Shown here one piece after another: positions 38,591 to 50,277 of a DNA stretch of 64,000 bases. Each line of letters starts with the position of its first letter. Positions within the stretch are counted from its first letter, which is position 1. Source of the DNA: Octopus bimaculoides (lineage: Eukaryota); NCBI RefSeq assembly GCF_001194135.2, contig NC_068989.1, forward strand, positions 70,777,353-70,841,352, in the 5' to 3' direction. Below the pieces are notes generated by a model that saw nothing but the letters and a program-made list of their open reading frames with translations, searched no databases and was not told where the DNA came from. Position numbers and translations under genes: made by a program.

Positions 38591-39012
38591 TATCGGTGCA
38601 GGAGTGGCTGTGTGGTAAAAAGCTTGCTTCCCAACCACGATTCCGGGTTCAGTCCTACTGAGTGGCACCTTGGGCAAGTGTCTTCTATAACCTCAGGCTG
38701 ACCAAAGCCTTGTGAGTGGAATTGGTAGACGAAAACTGAAAGAAGCCCGTAGTGGTATTAAGTCAGATATGGCTTGATCCTATACTGGCCGAAACCTACC
38801 AAAGTTATATATATATTTGTGTGTCTGTGTTTGTCCCCCACTATTGCTTGACACCGATGTTGGTGTGTTTACGTCCCCATAAATTAGCGGTTCGGCAAAA
38901 GAGACTGATAGAATAAATACTATGCTTACAAAGAACAAGTACTGAGGTCGATTTGGTCGACTAAAGGCGGTGCTCCAGCATGGCCGCAGACAAATGACTG
39001 AAATAAGTAAAA
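38591..39012 (+). mobile_element. SINE family A, full length, head-to-head with the previous copy
   Basis: ggtgcaggagtggctgtgtggtaa...gggttcagtcc...ggcggtgctccagcatggccgcag.caaatgactgaaataagtaaaag. Confidence 0.9.
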
Positions 39013-39237
39013 GAAAAGAATATATACATATATTCTTTTCTTTTCCGCCCCGACATCCGAAACTCGGAGTTTTATCATGGCTACCGAATAATTGTCACTT
39101 TGGGCACGTGTCTTCTGTAACCCCGATCAGACTAATGTCTTGTGAGCGAATATGGTAGAAAGAAACTGTGGAAACCCGTTGTGTGTGTGTGTGTGTAAGG
39201 TAAATGAAAGACGGAAGATGGAAGATACAAACATTTT

Positions 39238-39353
39238 TATTGATCACGACATTTGTTTCGACACATCTAGTATCGATCCCTCACGAGTGGGATACTTAGC
39301 AACTGTTTCAGGAGCATCCGCCAGTGCAGATGTGTCTCTTCGGGTGATAAATA
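39238..39353 (-). ncRNA. Type I hammerhead ribozyme in the 3' region of a Penelope-like element
   Basis: Minus strand reads tatttatcac-CCGAAGA-gacacatct-[59-nt loop]-agatgtgtc-GAAA-caaatg-TC|-gtgatcaata. Stem I pairs 9/10, stem II 9/9, and there is a GUC cleavage triplet at 39250-39248. The only core deviation is U4->C. Confidence 0.8.
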
Positions 39354-39719
39354 GATATAACTCGTTAAAATAAAAGTTCCGCAATGTATCTTCTCATTTC
39401 GTGTAAAAAAAAGGCAGCAAAACAAAGGATATATCTTCATTTATATAGAAGATCAAAAATAAAATAACAAATGCAAAAAAAGAAACGAACACGCAATACA
39501 GTAAGAAAAGTATTTAAAATAACCGTTAACAGATATGGATGTATAAACGCCCTCGCGCAAGCTGTATAGCGCATGTACACTCGCTCATACAAGCATCCAC
39601 GTGTGGTTTGATGCACACACGTTCACATAGTGAGTTAAATAGCTACTTGGTGTTTATAAGAACGAGGAGGTTAAAGCTAGACTTAATTCATCCATATCTT
39701 AAATATATTATGTTAATAG

Positions 39720-40102
39720 TTACTTAAATTCATTCCCACTGCATTGTGCGAAAGTACATTTATATGTATGTAGGCATTTTGAAAGTCTTTCAGAAATTCT
39801 ATTAATGATCTTCTCATTGGTTCACAGAACAGATAGGGATTCCTCAGAGCAAAATCGGCATCTCTTGGAAATTATATTGTATGGTTTTGTGTGCCTTACT
39901 ACGGACTAAGTTATGTTATATTTAATTTTATCTTCTTTCAGTTGCCACACAAAATTGGCCTAAGATGTTGAATGTCTCTTATTGATTCTCTTGAAGCTGG
40001 CGACATGGTTGCGATAGCGATTCTTAAATGAATCAGCCGTCTGCCCAATGTAAACATAGGGCCCTCCCCTTGTGCGCACGGTACATTTATACACAAGATT
40101 TG
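39720..40102 (-). mobile_element. Penelope-like retroelement, GIY-YIG endonuclease C-terminus (pseudogenised)
   Basis: One frame, three premature stops: NLVYKCTVRTRGGPYVYIGQTADSFKNRYRNHVASFKRINKRHSTS*ANFVWQLKEDKIKYNIT*SVVRHTKPYNIISKRCRFCSEESLSVL*TNEKIINRISERLSKCLHTYK. It shows the VY..YIG-T..F..RY..H, C..C.EE and N..SE motifs of PLE endonucleases. Confidence 0.85.
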
Positions 40103-40908
40103 TATGTATGTATGTAAGTATGTATGTGTGTGTGTATATGCATGTATGTATGCGTGTGTCTGTGCTTGTATTTGTACTCCCGCACCGCTAGACAACCAGT
40201 GTTGTTCTGCTTATGTTCCCGCAAATTAGCGGTTCAGCAAAAGGAGGACAATAGAATAGGTAAGTACCGCACTTGAAAAAAAAAAGATTTTTTATCTGAG
40301 GTCGATTTGTTCGACAAAACCCTTCAATGCGGTGCCCCAGCATGGCTGCAATCGAATACCTGAAACTAGGAAAAGAAAGATAAAACATTTCAAATTGTCC
40401 CCAATTTCGTTCCCTAGTAAAGTNNNNNNNNNNNNNNNNNNNNNNNNNNNNNNNNNNNNNNNNNNNNNNNNNNNNNNNNNNNNNNNNNNNNNNNNNNNNN
40501 NNNNNNNNNNNNNNNNNNNNNNNNNNNNNNNNNNNNNNNNNNNNNNNNNNNNNNNNNNNNNNNNNNNNNNNNNNNNNNNNNNNNNNNNNNNNNNNNNNNN
40601 NNNNNNNNNNNNNNNNNNNNNNNNNNNNNNNNNNNNNNNNNNNNNNNNNNNNNNNNNNNNNNNNNNNNNNNNNNNNNNNNNNNNNNNNNNNNNNNNNNNN
40701 NNNNNNNNNNNNNNNNNNNNNNNNNNNNNNNNNNNNNNNNNNNNNNNNNNNNNNNNNNNNNNNNNNTGCACCTTGACGAATTCCGCCTGACTCTCGCAAG
40801 CACGACGGCGATAACGATGATGACGATGATGATGACGATGATGATGATGATGATGATGACGATGATGATGATGATGATGATGACGATGATGATGATGATG
40901 ATGATGAC

Positions 40909-40940
<32 letters not shown>

Positions 40941-41458
40941 CGATGATGATGAGGAGGAGGATTATGATGATGGTGATGACGACGACGACGATGATATCTG
41001 ACAAACGCAGACGACCACTCAATACTTCAAATTCATGATAAAGGAAGTAGACAATCAAAAAATACTGTAAATTCTGAGAATATTCACGCGGTATGATTGA
41101 CATGGAAAAGGAAATAGGAAGAATAAACGAGCATGGTTGTGTGATTAAGAGATTCAATTCCAGTCATGTAGTTCCAGGTTCAATCCCATTTTGTGATAAC
41201 TTGGGAAATCGTTTTCTCTTCTTGTGGCATTGAATTGACCAATTTCCTGTTAGTGGAATTTCTTGTTCTGCGGTTTGATACTTTGACGGAAACGATATTT
41301 GCTTGGACCAACTCAACACGTGAACATGCAACAAAGCTGACCATGAAAGAAATATGGATTTGTAAGTCCGACTCCAGCAATCTTGAGGAGAATGTCTTTG
41401 CGATTTGTTGATGGTCATAAGAAAAGAATGCACCACCTGAAACTGTAAGCGCTTGAAT

Positions 41459-41716
41459 CAATGATTTTCGACCGGGAGCCATATGACCCTAGGAGGTCCA
41501 CATAAGATTTTGTTAAAATTTATCAGTAATAAACTAGTTATACTTCTACAATACACCGAATACTTTAACATTTTTTTCTATACAATTCCTAATAATATTT
41601 AATTATAAAAGTCGAATAGGATTTTTTTTTTTTACACACGGAATGATTATGAGGATTCACCCGAGCAAAATAGGAATCGAAGTGGTCGATACGTAAAAAA
41701 TGGACAAGAACCACAG
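41459..41716. mobile_element. hAT MITE inserted in the Helitron
   Basis: Termini caatgattttcgacc / gacaagaaccacag (decayed CAGTGGTTCTC). 8-bp TSD gcttgaat (41451-58) / gcttaaac (41717-24). Removal restores LPFKRLQF in frame. Confidence 0.8.
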
Positions 41717-41819
41717 GCTTAAACGGAAGTAGTATATCTTCTGGGACGAGTGGAATGCTTGAGATGAAAACATCGGCCATGGAACAGTCATTCATAACGG
41801 TGGATTCGATCGTATAGAA

Positions 41820-42042
41820 CAAGGGTCCTTAACCACCGGGCCGCGGACTAATACCGAGCCGTAGATCATTTGGTACTGGGTGGCACAGAAAGAATATATT
41901 TTAAAATTTTATCACCATTTTATTGACTATCACAGTCTGCAGGGTGTTTTCGCACTATATATGTGTAATAATTAAATAAGTCTGTAGGAAAATTGCCTTG
42001 CATGAAACAAATTCGAAGTGCGTGAAACGTTGAGGACCGCTA
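41820..42042. mobile_element. hAT-Charlie (MER1-like) MITE inserted in the Helitron
   Basis: TIR caagggtccttaac / gttgaggaccgcta. 8-bp TSD gtatagaa (41812-19) / gtatagag (42043-50). Removal restores KILRLYTIES in frame. Confidence 0.85.
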
Positions 42043-42269
42043 GTATAGAGCCTAAGAATTTTGGCAGCTAATCTTGTACCGTTTCAGTGTTTTGGTGCAT
42101 TCAAATTTTAAAGTAACATACTGTTTGAGCCGGCTTCCCGTTGCAAATAGTGAGGTGGGACAGAAGTAGAGTGATGAGAATTAAGAAACTCTGAAGGATA
42201 GTTAAGGGGCATCGTTAACGTAGCTATTGCGTGGACCCATATGCACCATCTGGATTAGACTCGTTTTTT

Positions 42270-42775
42270 GTAGAATGATAGTGGCGTTTATAACCAGCAC
42301 AATGTCACTTTTGAGAAATAGGGGCGTACCTTTAGAAATGTTAATAGACATTTGTGGTTGCACACTATGGACTCTGAACAAACTTGAGAAGAATATAATT
42401 AAAAAGTTTGAAATATGTGTGCATAGGAGAATGTTACGAGTCTCTTACAAGAATCATCGGTCAAATGAATGAGTGTTACAAGAAGTTGGTGGAAGACGGG
42501 AACTCCTGAACATTGTGAAAAGGAAAAAAAAGAAAGAAAAAGCTCATCTATTATGGCCATATTCGAAGAAGCAGAGGTCTGGAAAATATTACCATGAATG
42601 AAAGAGTAGAGGGTAGTAGATGAAGAGGTAGGTAAAGAACGGAATAGATGAACGGATGGGTGATATCACGAGCTGGTTGATCAAGAATGGCAAGGCAGCT
42701 GGAGAACTGGCGCTTAATCGGGAAGACTTCCGTTGCACTGTCATCAATGTACAATACATGACGACGACGTTGAGA
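42270..42775 (+). mobile_element. RTE-clade LINE 3' end inserted antisense into the Helitron
   Basis: GCTLWTLNKLEKNIIKKFEICVHRRMLRVSYKNHRSNE*VLQEVGGRRELLNIVKRKK..LIYYGHIRR. Confidence 0.8.
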
Positions 42776-43209
42776 TAGACAACTCATAGTTTCTATAATT
42801 CTATGAGAAGCTAGGATAAAGTTTCAATTAGATTTCCGTAATTGTAATGATTGCGGCAGATATTTTTGGATTTTGCCATCTTAATTGTCACTTGACAGCT
42901 GTCTATAATCTCTCGCTTCCAATTTAAGTAAATCATTTGCGAACATGGTGGCTACAGTTTGTACGAGGACTGACGGTCCACACTAATTAAGAACATTGCC
43001 AGACGTGAACTGAATATTATTTTCAAAGAGAACCATGACGAGAGTAAACTGTTGGTAGGAATTTTCCAACACTTGTTGCGCTTTGTATGTCTTCTGTCAT
43101 GATATCCTGCTCATTACGTCAAAGTTGTTGACGATCGGATGATTGTAATCACCGATGATCTTCTTGATACAGTAAGGCGTCACATTACGCAAGCCGAGCA
43201 GTCAGGTAT

Positions 43210-43997
43210 ATTGTAGATACAAGAACGGGTGCTAGGGAATCTGGGCTTTGTAGAATCAAGCAAATCTGATTTCGCAGAACGTCCAAGACATGCAGAGAAA
43301 GACGGAGGGCACCAACGGAGAAAACTGGAGTGAGGGTTAAGTTTTGAAAGAGAAAGATTATGAAAATTGAATGCGATGACCCTGGCTTTGTCATGATCGA
43401 AAATAATATACTGAAAAAAAAAAGTGAAATGCTTTACGTATCTAGGAGGCATGAATGATATCCATGACTGGAGATACAGAGGAGAAAGTTAAAGTGAAAC
43501 TTGCGAAAGAGAGCTAATCCTTTAACATATTAAAGCCTGTTTGAAAGACAAAAGCTCAGTCCAGACATATGCTGAGACTTTTCAAGAGTAGCATCAAATC
43601 TGTTTTGGTGCTGAGTCATGGCGAATGTGCGCGAATATCTTTGGAAAGCTCCGAAATTCACGAGCAAATAACTCAGAAACATTTCTAAGCTTTAGATATC
43701 CAGAAATTATGAGCAACAATGACGTCTAGGCCAAAACCAACCAGGAAATCATTGGTCACCAAAGAACCAAATGTGTATGGAAATAGCTCGGCCATACTTT
43801 AAGAAGACTATGGAGGAGTTTGACAAGGCGAGCCTTGGATTGGTTCCTGGAGAGTAAAGCGAAGGCAGGATGGCCGAGCGTCACTTTGCCGAGATTAGTA
43901 GAAGAGGACCAAATGAAAAGAAAAACCCATTGGATGGCTGTTGTGGGGAGCCTATGCTGCGCCAGGAATTCCAAACAGCCTATAATGATGATGATGA
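43210..43997 (+). mobile_element. RTE-clade LINE, decayed RT C-terminal half with (GAT)n tail
   Basis: DFAE..QDMQRKTE, VKCFTYLGG, ISNNDV*AKTNQE, LGHTLRR, TRRALDWFLESKAKAGWP, WMAVVGSLCC, then the gatgatgat tail. Confidence 0.75.
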
Positions 43998-44977
43998 TGA
44001 ATGTGTGTGTGTGTGTGTTATTCATAGTCAGATTCAGGAAAGATTCATGAGGATAAAAACTTATTAAATTGCCAATATATGTAAAAAAAAAAAAAGGTAA
44101 TGTAGTGAAAAAGTCATGACAAAAGTGAGTGAGAGACAACGAAGAGAAATTTTGGAAAGCAATGGAGTAAAATTTAAAAGTAAGACTGTTAAATTCCACA
44201 TTTCAATTATTTAAATTCCAAGCCAAAATTACAACTCTTAGTCATGGACTCAAAATTTAAGACGGAGTAAATCTTGAAAGTAAGACCGTTAAACTCCATA
44301 CTTAATTAAAAGCTAATTAAAAGTAGTTTAATTTTTAGCTTATATTATAAAATTGCGATGGTTTCTAATTGAACGGTAAGCGTGATGGTTTGTAGCAAAG
44401 TATTTCTACATTTGTGTAAGTGAATCGAATCTGGAAAGATTAAAGTTTAAATCGAAAAAAATTAAAAAGGGTATAACTCGAAAGAGGATAAATGAATTTA
44501 CGCGTTATGTACGGAACTGGAGAAACTCTAGACATCATAGGAATATTATTAAATTGGTTAATTCTTCTGTGTGATAATTGGAATAAAGATAGATCCGGAG
44601 AATGTATTCGTATACAACTGTAAGTACTGAACAAGAACTAAGGAGCAGAAAATATAGAAAATATACGATAGTTAAACTGAAAATATTACAATGCAATCGA
44701 TGTAAAGTAAAGCTAATTTTCGAATTAGAAAAAAAAAACGAATGAAAAGTAATTCGCCAGAGCTACTGAATTACATCAGAATGAAGAAAAACAACAAACG
44801 TCGATTGAAGAGCGACTACGAAGGGAGATAAGTCATTTAGCTTCGTTATGAGTGAAAAATAGAAATAGAAATGATGAAAGAAAGAAAGAAAATGAAAAAC
44901 AATAAAAAGCGAAAGACCTGAAAAATGCATAATTGTTGATAGAATATATATGAAAGACTATAAGGGCAAATATCTTG

Positions 44978-45122
44978 TGGCAGTTGCAAATATGCTATGT
45001 GGTAAGAAGTCTGCTTCCCAACCACACAATTCCGGGTTCAGTCACACTGCGTGCTACCTTGGGCAAGTGTTTTCTACTATAACCTTGGGCCGACCAAAGC
45101 ATTGGAAACTGAAAGAAACAAG
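44978..45122 (+). mobile_element. SINE family A head
   Basis: gctatgtggtaagaagtctgcttcccaaccacac.attccgggttcagtcacactgcgtg.caccttgggcaagtg. Confidence 0.8.
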
Positions 45123-45181
45123 TCACATATTTATACATATATACATCCATGCATGCATACATGCATACATACAAACATACA

Positions 45182-45212
<31 letters not shown>

Positions 45213-45502
45213 GTGTGCAATGTGTGTATGTGTGTATGTATGTATGCATATATATATATATATACACACGCATACACAGCCATACACACACACACAAGCA
45301 CAAAACACACATGTATAACACAGACGCGCGTGCACACGCGTGCATACGCGTGCATACATACATACATACATACATATATACATACATACACACACACACA
45401 TATACACAGATACAGATGCAAACGAATGCGCAGATAAGGACATACACCATAATAAGACAGAATGAATTAAACAGAACAGGAGGAGATACGTGGCATGGAA
45501 AA

Positions 45503-45545
45503 GTCACTGAAGAGGTCACAGGTGTGTGACGAAAGATTTTCTGAC
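45503..45545 (+). ncRNA. Minimal type I hammerhead ribozyme motif with intact core
   Basis: gtca-CTGAAGA-g-GTCACA-ggtg-TGTGAC-GAAA-gattt-TC|-tgac. Stem I is 4 bp, stem II 6 bp perfect and stem III weak, with one extra nt between A9 and stem II. Confidence 0.65.
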
Positions 45546-45755
45546 AAAGGGCATAAGATAAAATAAGAACAATAATAAACAAGTCAAGAACGAATATGTA
45601 GTGCGTGTGTTTATTTCGCAAGAAAAAAAAAGAAAAAAAATACCATCCCGAAATGTAACTATATATATATATGCANNNNNNNNNNNNNNNNNNNNNNNNN
45701 NNNNNNNNNNNNNNNNNNNNNNNNNNNNNNNNNNNNNNNNNNNNNNNNNNNNNNN

Positions 45756-45816
<61 letters not shown>

Positions 45817-45833
45817 CTATGTATGTATATATA

Positions 45834-46352
45834 CAGGGGTTGGACAAAATAATGGAAACGCCTTAACATTTCAAACAAATTTATTTTGATATGGGGTAGG
45901 ACCGCCTTTGGCAGTAATTACACCTTGAATTCAACGAGGTATGGACTCGTACAAAGTTTGAATTGTTTCCGAAGGAATTTCTGTCTATTCTTCAGCTAAA
46001 ACAGTCTCCAGTTCTTGTAGTGATGGCGGTGCAGGATATCGAGTCCTTACTTGTTTTTTTCTAAAATGCACCATAAATGTCCAATGATATTAAGATCTGG
46101 GGTCTACGGTGGCTAAGTAAGATGTTCAACTTCACTAGAATGTTCTTCGTGCCATTCAGTAACAACTTTAGCCGTGTGAATTGGTGCATCATCATCCTGA
46201 AAGATTGTGTTTCCCTCCGGAAACAGTTCCGCAACCATAGGATGAATTTGATCAGATAAAATGCTTAAATAGTCTTGACTATTAATTCTGCCATGAAGGG
46301 AAACCATTGGGCCGGCAAATTTCCAATATATAGCCCCACTAGATCATCACAG
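45834..46352 (-). mobile_element. Tc1 transposon, 3' TIR plus decayed DD34E catalytic C-terminus
   Basis: TA|CAGGGGTTGGACAAAATAATGGAAAC terminus. Translation VMIWGAI..AGPMVSLHGRINSQDYLSILSDQIHPMVAELFPEGNTIFQDDDAPIHTAK..EHLT*PP*TPDLNIIGHLW..IPR*IQGVITAKGGPTPY. Confidence 0.92.
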
Positions 46353-46385
46353 GGGCTGGACAAAATATTTTTGTAGGTATTGCTG

Positions 46386-47318
46386 ATTTTTGTAGGTATT
46401 CTATCCTTACATTTGTACCAATCTTTTTGAGCCATGTTGGTAGTTGAGTGTTGATACTTCCAAGTGCGCCAATTACTATTGATATCACGTCTACTCTCCT
46501 CATTAACCACAACTTTCGTATTTCCTACTTCAAATTGTCGTAGTTCAGAATTTCTTCTTTCTCTTTGATCCAGTTTTCACCTCTGCATCTCCTCCTACTA
46601 CCTTTTTGTTCCATCAGTAGCATATCGTTCTTATCAAGAAATTTGTACAGTTCTTCTGCAATTCCTCCTGACAGTAACTTCCACATTAATGAAGGCCTGT
46701 AATTGTCGAAAGCATTTCTTTTTGATACATCTTTCAGACACAACACTGTTCGTCCTTTTGTCAACCAGCCCGAGATTTCTTCTCCATTGATCAATGCATT
46801 AAATTGTCCTGCGATCAATTTATGGCTCCTACTGAACTGTTTTTTTAAAATCCAAAATCCCTGTATACCATCAGGTCCCGCTGCTTACCAATTACTTATC
46901 GTTTTACTCATATTTCTGATACTGTCTTCGGTGAAGTGGATAACCTTTTGCTGGGGATAAGAAACCGTTTGCTTCAGGCGGCAGAGCTATTCAGCTGCAG
47001 TATTATGTTGTTCATGCTTACTCCATATCTTACCTCAGAATTGTCGACTTTCATCAGAATCAGGAACTAATCTTTCACGCTCTATATAATCATTAATTTT
47101 TTGATAAAATCTTCGGTCGATTCTAGACAATTGGTTTTCCCGATATTGTTTAATCCGTTGTACAAACCTAGTTAGCTTTGCTTTTTTTTAGCAAATATGC
47201 GCTGCTTTAGTTCTTCAATTACAACATTCAGACCTTTCGTATCTACATCATACTTCTGCGTCGTTTTTTTTTTTCAAATTTAGGTCATTCTTCAATTCTC
47301 CTTTTTTTTTCCTGACAA
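46386..47318 (-). mobile_element. R4/Dong-clade (restriction-like endonuclease) LINE, internally deleted
   Basis: KGLNVVIEELKQRIFAKK..RIKQYRENQ; NW*AAGPDGIQGFW; WLTKGRTVLCLKD..NYRP..WKLLSGGIA..EQKGSRRRCRG. This is fused directly to KEKEEILNYDNLK*EIRKLWLMRRVDVISIVIGALGS..IEYLQKSA. Confidence 0.85.
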
Positions 47319-48215
<897 letters not shown>

Positions 48216-48639
48216 TACGCATTCACACATATTAGAAAGTTCCATTCAGATCGTGAACGTGTATCTATTCAGATTAAAGCGTTTGTACTATAGCGTGAGT
48301 AAAAAATATAAATAGATTAATAGGTTTGTACTAAAATATTTATACATTTACTATTTATACATTTCTAGTTCGGCGTTTATTGATCGAATAACCAAACATC
48401 GCTTATTTGAAATAGTATAATACTAAACTATGATACCATTTAGAAATTGGAATTTGAAGCCGAATTCGCAAGGGATTCTCAAAAATTGATTATTATACAC
48501 GAGAATATTCTATATCTAAAGGCACTCCAGGGCTGGCCATCCCATTTGATTTTCTGTTTATGTAGCTTTTGTCTTTTATCTTTCATTTTTTTTTTTTTTA
48601 CTTGATTTAGTCATTGTATTGCGGACATGCTGGGTGGGA

Positions 48640-49330
48640 CCCTACCTTGAACCAGAGCGACGAAACCGTCTTGCATGCACTCGTTTAGTGTCCGGACACT
48701 GCTGACTTGTGGAGTTATGTCAAACAGCTGCTGTCGCGTGTAGGACAGATCCATCTGTCGTTCGAGGCCATAATGATGATTGCCCCGCCACCCTCCTTTA
48801 ATCGAGCTGACAGGACAGTTTTCCTTCGTCTTGTGGCTGTGGCGAAAGAGGTTATCTGGTGAACGAGGATGAAAGGAATGGCGACAGAAACTTTCCTCCT
48901 TGGTAAAGCCCTCATCAAGGATTAATAACAGGGAAGTGTGACGACGTCCTCGAGGAGACCCTACGCGTCGACGAAGACGAACTGGCAAGACTATTCCTTG
49001 AAAAGGAAAGTGAGGATGGAGAGGAAGGTGCTAAATTTATCAAAAGGTGGGTGAAAGTTACAAAAATGGCAAGAGTGGATGGTACCACTCTCAGTGTAGA
49101 CCTGTGAGTCGGAAGAAAGAAGTTGGAATGGACTCTCGTCCTTGGTACTCAGGATAATCTTGGATGGTGGGGTTCCTTGACATCTTCCTGAATCAGGGGG
49201 ATCCCCCATCACGATCCCTTTTCTCTCTGTCTTTTTCTAGTGTCATATACTGTGTATACTTTCCGTCTTCTAAATTCTACCGTGTATACTTTTTATTTTA
49301 TCATTCCATTATATGTAAAAAAAAACCCAA
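48640..49330 (+). mobile_element. Tx1/L1-clade LINE 3' end
   Basis: DETVLHALV*CPDTADLWSYVKQLLSRVGQ..FLRLVAVAKEVIW*TRMKG (ETxxHxxxxC..W zinc-knuckle tail of L1/Tx1 ORF2), then FIKRWVKV..DL*, a T-rich UTR and an A-rich tail at about 49317. Confidence 0.75.
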
Positions 49331-49384
49331 AAAAACCCACACTTTATGTCTGTCTTTGTCTTCGCCCTGGTGGCAAATAAAAGA

Positions 49385-49440
<56 letters not shown>

Positions 49441-49481
49441 TCATCATCATCAGCAGCAGCAGCAGCACCACCACCACCACC

Positions 49482-49540
<59 letters not shown>

Positions 49541-49544
49541 TTCT

Positions 49545-50277
49545 GGTTCCCTTTCATTATAACTTTATTTCAGATGCCTTAGTACCGGACATCCTCCGGA
49601 GGCCAAGAGTAGCAAGGGCACACTTGTTTTGCTATGCACACTAAAACTATCACCACATTTATCCCATTTTAGATGGAGAGTGCCTTCCGTACACGGAGAT
49701 TGGAGTTTCCAGAGAGTTGCCTAATATACTCCTCAGCTCCCTTCCTTATCATTCCCAATGCACCAATTACTACTGGTATTATCGTAGTACTAAGCTTCCA
49801 TATTTTTGTGATTTCAATTTGTAGATCTTTATAACGAGAAAACTTTTTGTATTCCTTTCTTGAGACATTTTGATCTTGTGGAACAGACGTATCCTTTAAC
49901 AGACAAGTTCCTCTGTTGTAGTCCTTGATCACAATGTCTGGTCGATTGGAATCAATTTTTCCTGTCAGTATTGGGAAGTTCCAAAGGATAGTGATGCCCT
50001 CGCCACTTACTACATCCTCTGGATGGTGCCTGTACCACTTATCATGGGATTTCATTTTGTAGTATTCACAAGCATTCCAGTGGATGTACTTCCCTAGTCT
50101 GTCATGTCTTATGAGGTACTCCTTTTCAGCGAGGACTCGGCAGCCAGAAACAACATCAATTTCTGTGAATTTCCCGCAGATTCTGCACGAGGGATCAGAT
50201 CACTCTATAAAACGTTTGCATGGTAGTTTCTGGTAGGTAAGCTCTGATCTTGCGCTGCAATAACAAAACCTTGTTTC

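Larger units (their letters stand above)
41240..42960 (-). mobile_element. Helitron Rep-Hel (PIF1-like helicase) C-terminus, fragmented by three insertions
   Basis: Joined translation: ..FANDLLKL..LYPSFS*NYRNY (42.78-42.95 kb) .. NYPSEFLNS..PPHYL..GSNSMLL*NLNAPKH*NGTRLAAKILRLYTIESTVMNDCSMADVFISSIPLVPEDILLPFKRLQFQVVHSFLMTINKSQ..LKIAGVGLTNPYFFHGQL.VACSRV. These are the canonical YP.EFLNS, CNGTRL, FKRLQFP..FAMTINKSQG and HGQLYVACSRV motifs. Confidence 0.9.

Noticed and set aside
39942-40080. Strong plus-strand acceptor (tttatcttctttcag) suggesting an exon
   Set aside because: All plus frames are closed; the sequence is the antisense of the Penelope GIY-YIG ORF.
41459-42042. The two inserts in the Helitron ORF as spliceosomal introns of a domesticated helicase gene
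   Set aside because: They have hAT TIRs and 8-bp TSDs rather than GT-AG ends, and the rejoined ORF still has stops and frameshifts.
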